A stretch of 64,000 nt of DNA from Candidatus Poribacteria bacterium (GTDB lineage Bacteria > Poribacteria > WGA-4E > PCPOR2b), in assembly GCA_965116925.1 (NCBI GenBank), contig OZ220744.1, positions 5,408,001 to 5,472,000 of the forward strand. Reading direction: 5' to 3'. The translations under genes were made by a program, and so were the position numbers. Shown here piece by piece: positions 48,864-58,351 of the stretch (the stretch's first letter is position 1; each line of letters starts with the position of its first letter). Under the pieces are notes generated by a model. It made no database searches. It was not told the DNA's origin and was given only the letters and a program-made list of their open reading frames with translations.

Positions 48864-50759
48864 TTGACAGTGAATACCTATCATAAACAGTACGATGTCC
48901 TTGTTGTTGGTGCGGGCCATGCTGGTTGCGAGGCTGCGCTTGCTGCGGCGCGGATGGGCTGCGAGACGTTGATTGTCACCATCAACCTCGACACCATCGC
49001 GAAGATGTCTTGTAACCCGGCAATCGGCGGGCTTGCAAAAGGGCATCTCGTCAAGGAGATTGACGCACTCGGCGGCGAGATGGCAAAGAACATCGACAAA
49101 ACGGGCATCCAATTTCGTCAACTGAATACAAAGAAGGGCCCGGCAGTCCGTTCAAGCCGTGCACAGGCGGATAAGTATGCGTACCAGTCTGAGATGAAGC
49201 GCGTCCTAGAGCGGCAGCCTCGTCTCGATATTAAGCAGCTGCTAGTTGATGAGCTGCTGACCGAAAACGGTGAGTGTATCGGTATATTGGGACACACCCA
49301 AACCGCCTACCTCGCCAAGACAGTCATCTTGACGACAGGCACATTTCTTAAGGGCTTAGTGCATCTCGGCGATGTATCCTACAGTGCTGGGCGAGCAGGG
49401 GAATCGTCAGCAGAAAAACTATCAGACAGTTTCCTGAACCTCGGATTTGAAATTGGTCGTCTGAAAACCGGCACACCTCCACGCGTTAATGCACACACCG
49501 TGAATTTTGATGTGATGGAGATTCAACCCGGCGATGCACAACCGCGTCCGTTTTCGTTCTCAACGGAACAGATCACGCAGTCACAGATACCGTGCCACTT
49601 AACATATACAAATGAAAAAACGCATCAGATTATTCGTGATAACCTCCACCGATCCGCTATGTACAGCGGCAGGATCACCGGCATTGGTCCCCGATACTGC
49701 CCATCTATTGAAGATAAAGTTGTCCGCTTTGCCGACAAAAATCGGCACCAAGTTTTTGTCGAACCGGAGGGCAGAGATACAGACGAAATTTACCTCAATG
49801 GAATCTCCGCAAGTCTACCCGAGGACGTTCAGGTGGATATGGTGCATAGCATCAATGGGCTAGAGAACGCCGAGATTATGCGCTTCGCCTATGCGGTAGA
49901 GTATGATTTCGCACCGGCGACGCAGCTCTACCCAACCCTCGAAACCAAACAGGTGGAGAATCTTTACTTCGCAGGTCAACTCAACGGCACTACCGGTTAT
50001 GAGGAAGCCGCCGCACAAGGATTGATGGCAGGGATCAACGCTGCCTTGAAGGTACGCAGTGAAGAGCCGCTTATTCTCGACCGTTCCCAAGCGTACATTG
50101 GCGTCCTCATTGATGACCTCGTAACCAAGGATATCCGGGAACCGTATCGGATGTTCACTTCACGCGCGGAGTATCGGCTAGAGCTGCGTGAGGATAATGC
50201 AGATCTACGATTGACGGAGATGGGACGTCAGATCGACTTAGTTGAGGCTAACACCTATGAGCGGTTCCAGATAAAGCGGAAACGGGTGGAGGCGGAAAAG
50301 AACCGTCTAGAACAGACGCGGTTGAAACCATCACTTGAGACACAAACTCGCTTGAAATCGGTTGGAATTAGCGAAATCGGTCAACCAACTTCATTGGCAG
50401 AACTGCTCAAACGTCCAGAAATCCACTATGAGCAAATCAAGCAGCTTGAACCGCCGCCCCAATCGTTGCCCGAAGTCGTGGCGGAACAGGTCGAAATTCA
50501 GATCAAGTACGAAGGATACATTGATCGTCAAACTACGCAGATTCAACAGTTTAAAAAGATGGAGCATTTTCGGATTCCGGATGATTTTGATTACGCCTCC
50601 GTGCACAGTCTCAAAACAGAGGCGAGTGAACAACTCGCAAAGATTCGTCCAATCTCTGTTGGACAAGCGTCGCGCATCCCCGGTGTTTCGCCTGCGGACA
50701 TCTCAATACTTATGGTCTGGGTTGAACAGTACAAACGACAGATGCAACCACACGTGTGA
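48864..50759 (+). CDS. mnmG: tRNA U34 carboxymethylaminomethyl modification enzyme
   Basis: GAGHAGCEAA, MSCNPAIGG, GPRYCPSIEDK, AGQLNGTTGYEEAAAQG. Confidence 0.98.
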   Translation: MTVNTYHKQYDVLVVGAGHAGCEAALAAARMGCETLIVTINLDTIAKMSCNPAIGGLAKGHLVKEIDALGGEMAKNIDKTGIQFRQLNTKKGPAVRSSRAQADKYAYQSEMKRVLERQPRLDIKQLLVDELLTENGECIGILGHTQTAYLAKTVILTTGTFLKGLVHLGDVSYSAGRAGESSAEKLSDSFLNLGFEIGRLKTGTPPRVNAHTVNFDVMEIQPGDAQPRPFSFSTEQITQSQIPCHLTYTNEKTHQIIRDNLHRSAMYSGRITGIGPRYCPSIEDKVVRFADKNRHQVFVEPEGRDTDEIYLNGISASLPEDVQVDMVHSINGLENAEIMRFAYAVEYDFAPATQLYPTLETKQVENLYFAGQLNGTTGYEEAAAQGLMAGINAALKVRSEEPLILDRSQAYIGVLIDDLVTKDIREPYRMFTSRAEYRLELREDNADLRLTEMGRQIDLVEANTYERFQIKRKRVEAEKNRLEQTRLKPSLETQTRLKSVGISEIGQPTSLAELLKRPEIHYEQIKQLEPPPQSLPEVVAEQVEIQIKYEGYIDRQTTQIQQFKKMEHFRIPDDFDYASVHSLKTEASEQLAKIRPISVGQASRIPGVSPADISILMVWVEQYKRQMQPHV

Positions 50760-50826
50760 TACATAAAACAATTGTTGAATTGCAGCTTTACTAACTTTGT
50801 ACCTTATAAGCTGCTGGGAGTTTTTG

Positions 50827-51015
50827 ATGACCCGTCAATTAACAGCAATCATTGAGCGTGAAGGAGATGAATACGTGTCATTGTGTCCAGAATTAGATAT
50901 TGCAAGTCAAGGTGAAACCATTGAACAAGCAAGAGAAAATCTGCGCGAAGCCTTGGAACTATTCTTTGAGTGTGCTTCCCTGAAAGAGGTGAATACGCGA
51001 CTTCATGCTATCTAG
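50827..51015 (+). CDS. Short HicB-family antitoxin (orphan, possibly truncated)
   Basis: TAIIEREGDEYVSLCPELDIASQGETIEQARENLREAL. Confidence 0.75.
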   Translation: MTRQLTAIIEREGDEYVSLCPELDIASQGETIEQARENLREALELFFECASLKEVNTRLHAI

Positions 51016-51691
51016 CCAATTTCGATCAGAGCTAGAGCAGGTATTTCTTCAACACGGTTTTTCGTTGGAACCGGTGCAACTTGATCAGTTTGTCACTTAC
51101 TGGCGTGAACTTAAACGCTGGAATTCACGGATGAATTTGACCGCAATTCGGGGAGATCAAGAAATTATCGTAAAACATTTCCTTGATTCGCTAAGTGTGC
51201 TACAATGTTTTGACATTAAACCCGGAGATTCGGTGATTGATATAGGGACGGGGGCAGGTTTTCCGGGTCTACCGATTAAAATTTATATCCCTGATATTAA
51301 GTTAGTCCTAGTTGAGCCCTCATTAAAGAAGGTAAGTTTCCTGCGGTTCCTTATCTCTCAATTGAGCTGGGGCCGTCAATCAAATACTTCCAGCTCGTGG
51401 GAGAACCCCCGTATTGTCGCCCAACGGGCTGAAGAATGCACGACAAAGGATCAACACATAACTGCTTACGATTGGGTCTTGACCCGTTATGTTGCTTCTA
51501 TAGAGGATTCGGCGGCTTACTGCCTTCCGCTATTGAAGCCCAATGGAACGTGGGTTGCTTATAAGTCCTCTGATGTGCAGCATGAAATTCAGCAAGCAAT
51601 CCCTAAGTTACAATCATTGGGTGGTGGAGATCAATCTATTGTTAATAGTCATATTCCTAAGCTAAATCGGACTTACGTTGCTATACGATAA
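51005..51691 (+). CDS. rsmG: 16S rRNA m7G527 methyltransferase
   Basis: WNSRMNLTAI, KHFLDS, IDIGTGAGFPG, KKVSFL, RAE. Confidence 0.93.
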   Translation: MLSSQFRSELEQVFLQHGFSLEPVQLDQFVTYWRELKRWNSRMNLTAIRGDQEIIVKHFLDSLSVLQCFDIKPGDSVIDIGTGAGFPGLPIKIYIPDIKLVLVEPSLKKVSFLRFLISQLSWGRQSNTSSSWENPRIVAQRAEECTTKDQHITAYDWVLTRYVASIEDSAAYCLPLLKPNGTWVAYKSSDVQHEIQQAIPKLQSLGGGDQSIVNSHIPKLNRTYVAIR

Positions 51692-51703
51692 GGAGTTTGT
51701 TAG

Positions 51704-52042
51704 ATGTTTGAGACATCAATCAGTCATAATAATGTTCCAGTTATCCGAATTGATGGAAAAATCATAGGGGGCGCGGCCAACGCGCTCAAACGTGAAATGG
51801 ATAAACAGATTGAGCAGAGCGGAGGTAGTCTGGTCTTGGACATGGCGAATGTTCCCCTGTTAGACAGCACTGCGCTAGGGATAATTATTGCGACCTTGCA
51901 GTTCCTAAAGAAGATGGATGGGAAACTGGTCTTGCTCAATCCACAACACGCTGTCATCAACGTCTTGCAGGTTACACGCCTCAACACGATTCTTGAAGTC
52001 TATTCAGACGAAGAATCGGCAACGAGCGCACTTAGCTCATAG
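51704..52042 (+). CDS. STAS-domain anti-anti-sigma factor
   Basis: LDMANVPLLDSTALG. Confidence 0.9.
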   Translation: MFETSISHNNVPVIRIDGKIIGGAANALKREMDKQIEQSGGSLVLDMANVPLLDSTALGIIIATLQFLKKMDGKLVLLNPQHAVINVLQVTRLNTILEVYSDEESATSALSS

Positions 52043-52054
52043 CAGAGATCTATC

Positions 52055-54382
52055 ATGAAACGTTTACGCCTTAGAATGGGGTTGCGGTGGCAACTTGTTC
52101 TGCTCTTTCTACTAGTATCGCTTATCCCCTTGCTGATCGTCGCTTCTTGGACACACCAAGCTGGGACACGTGGGCTGACAAGTACAATCAGAAGGACCCT
52201 CGTTGAACAGGCTCAATATAGCCTAGATCAGGCAGACCGTGTGATTAATGAGCAGCTGCACTCGCTTCGACGGTTTTCACTGCGAAACATTAGCCATAAC
52301 GTCGCCTCCACTAATAATGATAACAGTCCATCCTCCCTAAAGGGTGCATACGCAACCTTGTCAAACAGTATTACACATCTTGAAAGGCGCGTCGGCGAAA
52401 ATGGTCAAATCATTATAACCAACCGGAATCAGCAGGCGATCTTCGCCACCGATAAGCGATTACTCTTCCACAAAATAGATGAACCGTGGTGGCACAAGGC
52501 TTATAATAACGGACTCGGCTATGAATTGATTGGTGATGTCCAATATGATGCCGAAACACAGCAGTATTCTTTGCCGATCGCTGTGCCAATTCCGGCCCCT
52601 CCTTCCGAGTCGAAAGCGGCCGGCATTTTGAGAGTTGTTATCCCTCTTCCGAAACTTGCAGAGGTATCTGATTCTAAAAAGGAGGGGTTAGAAATCTGCC
52701 TCTTTGATAAACATGGGCGGATTATCTGCGCCCCACCGGACAGCGGACACCATTTCTCAGAGCGTATTGAAATGACTGAGGCTGCAATGCGTGCAATTAA
52801 TGCGAGCACTGAATACCATGGATCTGATATGAAGGGGGAGACCAATGCACGCGGGGAACAAAGAATCTCTGGCTGGGCACGCACGAAGTCATGGGGCCCA
52901 AGGGAGGATGAGCGACAAAACTTTATCAACCGGAGGCGGTTGAGTTTGCGACCTAGTGGACAAAACTTTACCGATTGGAGGGTGCTGGTATCGCTACCCA
53001 CCTCATTGGCTTTCAAAGGAGTGACAGAATTCACAAAGGATGTCCTACGGTTCACGCTAATCTCCTGTTTGGTCGTCATCGCGATTGCCCTCGTTGTTTC
53101 CCAACGTATTGTAAGACCGATTCGGCAAGTCACAGGGGCAGCACGCGCGATCGGTCGTGGAGAATTCGATCAGGAAATTCCGGTCACCGGTAGCAACGAA
53201 GTCGGCATTCTAGCAGAAGAGTTTAATTCAATGCGGTGGAATCTCAAAAGTGCAGTCGAAAAATTGACTGACGAAGAAAAGAAGATGACCGCTATCGTCA
53301 ATAGCATTGCCGAAGGTTTAATCCTTGTGGATTCGAGTAACCGAGTGCTCCACATCAATCCCGCTGCCGAACGTTTACTCAATCTCAGCGCAGATAGCAT
53401 CGATAAGGACATTACTGAGATTATCCAAAACGACGACCTGATTCATATCTTTGAAGAGAACCAACGCCAAATCCTTCAGCATAAACCGACGGATCAAATT
53501 CCCTCAAAGAATGAGGGGATAAACCTCATATCCGAGGTTACGTTGGCGCGTTACGATGAAAAGTTGGTGCTCCGCATTATTGCTAGTCCATTTCTTAACG
53601 AAAATGGACTGATCCTTGGGACGGTCTATCTTTTTGACGATATTACTCGTGAAAAAGAGATTGATCAGATGAAATCCGATTTTATCTCGCTGGTCTCTCA
53701 CGAATTGCGTACGCCGCTGACCTCAATCATCGGTTTTGTCTCCTTCATTCTAGATGGCAAAGCGGGTGCAATCAACGATAGACAGCGAAATAGCCTCGCT
53801 CGTGTCCAGCGGCAATCGAAACGGCTTGCCGCACTTATCAACGATCTGCTCGATATTTCCCGAATTGAGTCTGGTCGGATACAGATGGATCAGGCACTGA
53901 TTTCGCTTTTGGAAATTGTGACACATCGGCTTGAGGAGATTCGTCCTCAAGCCGATGAAAAATCAATTCAGCTAGCCCTGAACGCTCCTGAATCGGTCCC
54001 CGATATTCTCGGAGACGAAGCGCGGTTGGGCCAAGTATTTACAAACCTAATTGGCAACGCTATCAAGTTTACACCGAACAATGGCGAAGTAAACGTCAAA
54101 GTTGAAGCCGATGGGAATCTTTTGCACGTTGAAGTCATCGACACAGGCCCCGGTATCCCCCCGGAGGAACGCCAAAAGATATTCGACAAGTTTTACCAAC
54201 TCAGTGACATTAGCACGCGCCAGCAAGGCGGCTCCGGCTTGGGATTATCAATTAGCAAAAGTATCGTTGAAGCGCACGGTGGGAAATTGTGGATCGACGA
54301 TGGAACTCAAGGTAAAGGGAGTAATTTTCAGTTTGTGTTACCGCTCATCAGAGAAGATGATAATGTAAAACGTAAAGAGTAA
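52055..54382 (+). CDS. Sensor histidine kinase (periplasmic Cache-like, HAMP, PAS, HisKA, HATPase)
   Basis: Two TMs; NEVGILAEEFN; SHELRTPLTSI; NLIGNAIKF; DTGPGI; GSGLGL. Confidence 0.95.
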   Translation: MKRLRLRMGLRWQLVLLFLLVSLIPLLIVASWTHQAGTRGLTSTIRRTLVEQAQYSLDQADRVINEQLHSLRRFSLRNISHNVASTNNDNSPSSLKGAYATLSNSITHLERRVGENGQIIITNRNQQAIFATDKRLLFHKIDEPWWHKAYNNGLGYELIGDVQYDAETQQYSLPIAVPIPAPPSESKAAGILRVVIPLPKLAEVSDSKKEGLEICLFDKHGRIICAPPDSGHHFSERIEMTEAAMRAINASTEYHGSDMKGETNARGEQRISGWARTKSWGPREDERQNFINRRRLSLRPSGQNFTDWRVLVSLPTSLAFKGVTEFTKDVLRFTLISCLVVIAIALVVSQRIVRPIRQVTGAARAIGRGEFDQEIPVTGSNEVGILAEEFNSMRWNLKSAVEKLTDEEKKMTAIVNSIAEGLILVDSSNRVLHINPAAERLLNLSADSIDKDITEIIQNDDLIHIFEENQRQILQHKPTDQIPSKNEGINLISEVTLARYDEKLVLRIIASPFLNENGLILGTVYLFDDITREKEIDQMKSDFISLVSHELRTPLTSIIGFVSFILDGKAGAINDRQRNSLARVQRQSKRLAALINDLLDISRIESGRIQMDQALISLLEIVTHRLEEIRPQADEKSIQLALNAPESVPDILGDEARLGQVFTNLIGNAIKFTPNNGEVNVKVEADGNLLHVEVIDTGPGIPPEERQKIFDKFYQLSDISTRQQGGSGLGLSISKSIVEAHGGKLWIDDGTQGKGSNFQFVLPLIREDDNVKRKE

Positions 54383-54397
54383 GGGAGTATTAAGACA

Positions 54398-55579
54398 ATG
54401 GCTGAGACAATCCTTGCTGTGGATGACGATATCGATATTCTTGAGTTAATCCAAATGAGTCTGACCGCTGAAGGGTTCGATGTTATCACAGCAAACGACG
54501 GAATGAGTGGGTTAGAAAAAGCGAAAGCCTATTCACCTGATCTTATTCTCCTCGATCTGATGATGCCGGTGATGGATGGATTCGAGGTTATAGGTAAATT
54601 GAGAGCAGATGAACAGACCCGTGCCACTCCTGTCATCATGCTCACGGCGCGGGCGCAAACGCACGAGAGGGTTCAGGGATTACATGCGGGAGCAGATGAC
54701 TACGTCACAAAACCTTTCGATCTTGATGAGTTGACAGCACGAATCGAAGCCGTACTCGGACGAACCCTGCCGACCAAATATATTAACCCACTCATCAGCA
54801 CGATGGGAGACTGGTTCACTGAAGAAGGTGTTGAACAACTCGCTTCACACCTGGAAGCTGCGGCAATGATACAGCAGAATCTGATACCTCAACAAGCACC
54901 GGATCTGCCCGGATTTGATATCGCTGGCTTCCTGCGAAGTTCGATGACAGTGTCCGGCGATTTCTACGATTTCATTCTGTTAGACGATAATCACTTAGGC
55001 ATAGCAATCGCCGACGTTCGTGGCAAAGGGATTCCCGCTGCTTTATTGATGGTTATGATTCGGACAACCCTTCGACTTATCTGCCGTGAAGAGACTTCGC
55101 CCGACGCTGTCCTCAAGCGTATCAATGATCTCTTAGCAATTGACACGGATCCAGATCTATTCGCAACAATGGTCTACGGGATTTTAGATTCTGCAGCGAT
55201 GACCTTTACCTATTCAAGCGCGGGGCACAATTATCCGTTGCACCTGAAAAATGGAGGAACAGAAGTGGCGCAACTAGAGGTCGGAGGGATGATATTAGGA
55301 ACCTTTGATTATGCGACCTTTGAATCAGAAACGATTCACTTTGCCCCCGGTGATGAAATTCTCCTCTATACAGACGGTGTCACCGAAGCCGAGCGGAAAT
55401 CCGATGAGACTTTTTACGGTGAAGAGCGGCTTGTCGCAGTTCTTCAATCAAAGGGCGACCAATCCGCTGAAACACTTTGCCAAACCATTGAGACGGCACT
55501 CTTGAACTTTACCGGAACAGACCATCGGGACGATGATGTCACCATTGTCGTTATAAGAGCGACAGACGGAAAGGAATAA
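54398..55579 (+). CDS. Receiver-PP2C (SpoIIE/RsbU-type) phosphatase
   Basis: REC VDDD/LLDLMMP/KPF; SGDFYD, ADVRGKG, YTDGVTE, DDVT. Confidence 0.93.
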   Translation: MAETILAVDDDIDILELIQMSLTAEGFDVITANDGMSGLEKAKAYSPDLILLDLMMPVMDGFEVIGKLRADEQTRATPVIMLTARAQTHERVQGLHAGADDYVTKPFDLDELTARIEAVLGRTLPTKYINPLISTMGDWFTEEGVEQLASHLEAAAMIQQNLIPQQAPDLPGFDIAGFLRSSMTVSGDFYDFILLDDNHLGIAIADVRGKGIPAALLMVMIRTTLRLICREETSPDAVLKRINDLLAIDTDPDLFATMVYGILDSAAMTFTYSSAGHNYPLHLKNGGTEVAQLEVGGMILGTFDYATFESETIHFAPGDEILLYTDGVTEAERKSDETFYGEERLVAVLQSKGDQSAETLCQTIETALLNFTGTDHRDDDVTIVVIRATDGKE

Positions 55580-55583
55580 CTAC

Positions 55584-56018
55584 GTGGGACTGACAACCGA
55601 GCAAGTCATTCGTCTTGACCTCCCAAGCTCAATGCAGCATGTTTATTTGTTAGATACGATCATCCTCGAAATCCTCAAAGAGATGGATTTTGATCAGGAA
55701 ACGAGTGAGCAGGTAACGCTTGCAGTCATCGAAGCCGGAACAAATGCAATCAAGCATGGGAATCAAGAAGATTTGAGTAAAAGTGCCCACTTTGAGTTCA
55801 TCGTCCAGTCTGATAAGTTCACGGTTATCGTTCAAGACGAAGGGAAAGGGTTCAATCGGGAGGAGGTTCCGGATCCGTTAGATCCGGCAAATCTCTTAAA
55901 AAGTAGTGGTAGAGGAATTTTTCTGATGGAAGCGTGTATGGATTCCGTCACTTTTGAACAATCAGGCACAATCGTTAAAATGGTTAAGCATAAACCGGAT
56001 GATAAGCAACAAATGTAA
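55584..56018 (+). CDS. RsbW-like anti-sigma factor / Ser kinase
   Basis: LAVIEAGTNAIKHG, QDEGKGF, SGRGIFLM. Confidence 0.9.
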   Translation: MGLTTEQVIRLDLPSSMQHVYLLDTIILEILKEMDFDQETSEQVTLAVIEAGTNAIKHGNQEDLSKSAHFEFIVQSDKFTVIVQDEGKGFNREEVPDPLDPANLLKSSGRGIFLMEACMDSVTFEQSGTIVKMVKHKPDDKQQM

Positions 56019-56133
56019 TTTCAACATAGAAAACAGCAACAAGAATTGTCGTAACTTAGGTTAGTTTATAGAGAAAAAACAGAGCAGCCGCCCTATGGGT
56101 TGGTCATCACTTCAACTTTAAGGAGACCATCAA

Positions 56134-56490
56134 ATGACTGTAGATATTCGTAAAAGAGAAGGTATCACAATTCTGGATATTGAGGGAAGGATTATAGGGT
56201 CTGATAGTTTAGCCCTCAAGGAAATCATTGATGAACAAGTTGATAATGCTGAAGAGGGAGACGCTAGAATCCTGCTGAATCTCGCGGATGTACGTATGGT
56301 AGATAGCTCCGGTCTTGGCATTATCGTTGCCTCCTATACAGCCGTTCAAAGAAAAGGTGGACGCATTGCACTATTGCATCCCGGCGGAAACATTAGGAGC
56401 TTGATTGTCATGGCAAAGTTAGTTACCATCTTCGATCGATATGAGGACGAAGACGAGGCTATCGCTAGCTTCTACAAGTCCAATAACTAA
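56134..56490 (+). CDS. STAS-domain anti-anti-sigma factor (RsbV-like)
   Basis: LNLADVRMVDSSGLG. Confidence 0.9.
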   Translation: MTVDIRKREGITILDIEGRIIGSDSLALKEIIDEQVDNAEEGDARILLNLADVRMVDSSGLGIIVASYTAVQRKGGRIALLHPGGNIRSLIVMAKLVTIFDRYEDEDEAIASFYKSNN

Positions 56491-56532
56491 CCTCCTTTGC
56501 GGGATGATAACGATAACACTGTTCATCGTGGA

Positions 56533-56561
56533 TTGACAAATCCCGGTATATTTTCTAAGGT
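56533..56561 (+). promoter_or_regulatory. Candidate sigma70 promoter
   Basis: TTGACA-N17-TAAGGT. Confidence 0.5.
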
Positions 56562-56712
56562 CAGGGGATGGTGAATCAGCCAAGCGAGTTAATAACTGGG
56601 GATTCACCGCTCCCTTCACAACGAGCGATACGTGTGATCGTTCACCAATTTTACAGACAAGTAGCTCTTGTTGGAGCTGACGACATTTCATAGAAGAGGG
56701 AATGCGATCACT

Positions 56713-57516
56713 GTGGCACTGTACAAAGATAGGCATCGTGAACTGTGGAATAAGTGTACAAACTGTGGAGAGCTTGTATTTAAGCAGGCACTAGAACGTA
56801 ACTCCTATATTTGTCCAAATTGTGATTACTATTCCCCGATGCCCGCTGATGGTCGCCTTCGCTATTTATTTGATTCGGAGGCAATATTCAATCTCGACCC
56901 GGCTTCAATCGACAGGCAGCTATTAGATGCCATTGGAATGACAGATCTCGTGCATCAAAACAGATTTCCAGATGAATCCCAATGGCTGATTTCCGCGGGC
57001 GAGGGCACAATCTCAAATTGCCCGGCGGTTCTTGCTGTTGTTGCACCCTACGCTGTTCCACAGCGTGTCCATTTCGTAACATTACTAGTTGCAATTCGTA
57101 CTGCATTAGAGAAAAAGCTGCCATTTATCACTGTTTATCCAAGCGATGCGCTTGCTAAGCGGAGGTCCGATCCACCAGAACAACCGGAATTGTCGCCCAC
57201 TGAAATTACATATCTAACCATTGAAATGGACCATTTGTCCCAAGCCCGTTTGCCACAGATTACAATTCTCACAGATCAAGACCGTCAGACGGGATTCTTA
57301 ACACAATTTCCACTGGGGGATGTCGTACTGGCGGAACAGAACCGTATGTCTGGAAGTTCATCTGACAGACGAACCCACTCATCGCGTGGAGAGTCCTCCC
57401 AAACTACGTCTTCATTATCTAGCTATACATCAACCGATGTGAGCATAGATTACTACGTTCAGCGTCAGGATCTACCGACAAGACTGGGTAAATTACTTAC
57501 TTTTTTTGGCAAATGA
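56713..57516 (+). CDS. Degenerate AccD-like protein (zinc ribbon intact, carboxyltransferase motifs lost)
   Basis: LWNKCTNC...ICPNCDYY...RLRYLFD; IDYYVQRQDL...L; lacks GGSMG, SGGARMQE and GFAG. Confidence 0.7.
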   Translation: MALYKDRHRELWNKCTNCGELVFKQALERNSYICPNCDYYSPMPADGRLRYLFDSEAIFNLDPASIDRQLLDAIGMTDLVHQNRFPDESQWLISAGEGTISNCPAVLAVVAPYAVPQRVHFVTLLVAIRTALEKKLPFITVYPSDALAKRRSDPPEQPELSPTEITYLTIEMDHLSQARLPQITILTDQDRQTGFLTQFPLGDVVLAEQNRMSGSSSDRRTHSSRGESSQTTSSLSSYTSTDVSIDYYVQRQDLPTRLGKLLTFFGK

Positions 57517-57569
57517 ACTTATTACGTTTGCCCCATTATGTTTTGTGCATCGTACTTCAGAAGAGGAAA

Positions 57570-58202
57570 ATGAAAAAAAAGATACCATTATTAAGCGTAC
57601 AATTGCTCGTTATACTACTGTTTGCAAATCTGGGTTGTTCAACGCTTCAAAATACGTTTGAAACCGCGTTTCAGAGTGAACGTATTGTTCCTGTTTTTGA
57701 TCCAGAGGCGACGATCCTCATGAGATCCGGATCTGCTGCGTATGTCAAAAACGGTATCACGGCAATAGCAGTTCCCTTGAACAATGTCAAAGAGGTAGAC
57801 GCTTTTGGGATTATCGTGTTCAATAGCACAGATCACTGGATCTCGTTGCGGCAGGAGGATTGTTCGATGCTCGATCAATCGGGCAAAGTTCATAAGCCCA
57901 TCCATAGATCTCAGCATACATTTTATCTCGGAAACAATTTCACGCCGAAGATGCCACCTGAATTCCGAGAAGATTTTCGGGACAACCGCGTACTCCGTTC
58001 TATGGGAGACTTCGTACCATTACCGAGCGAAGATATAGAAAAAACAACCATTATGCCAAAACGTCGGGTGCGGTTCTTCCTGTATTTCCACAAGCGTAGC
58101 GTTGAATCCTCAAATTTTCGGATTATTGTTCCCAAAGTCCACAGCGAATTTACCGACATAGAAACCACGTTCGTGTTTAAGTTTGAGGTCCAAAGAAGCT
58201 AA
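57570..58202 (+). CDS. Hypothetical lipoprotein
   Basis: MKKK followed by a hydrophobic stretch and NLGC; RBS GAGG. Confidence 0.7.
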   Translation: MKKKIPLLSVQLLVILLFANLGCSTLQNTFETAFQSERIVPVFDPEATILMRSGSAAYVKNGITAIAVPLNNVKEVDAFGIIVFNSTDHWISLRQEDCSMLDQSGKVHKPIHRSQHTFYLGNNFTPKMPPEFREDFRDNRVLRSMGDFVPLPSEDIEKTTIMPKRRVRFFLYFHKRSVESSNFRIIVPKVHSEFTDIETTFVFKFEVQRS

Positions 58203-58351
58203 GAGCGCAGGCCAAAAGTGGTAAGACGCTAACCTTCGGAAGCGGATCCTCACCTTTTGAGCATTCAGCTATTGATTTGCCGTCTATCTCAAACATCAAG
58301 AGAGCCTTCCAACGGTTCCGCCGATTTCTCATATACGCTCTAAACAGACAA

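Noticed and set aside
54770..54800. INPL after the receiver domain as a relic of a GGDEF linker
   Set aside because: Four-residue resemblance only; no GGDEF sequence follows
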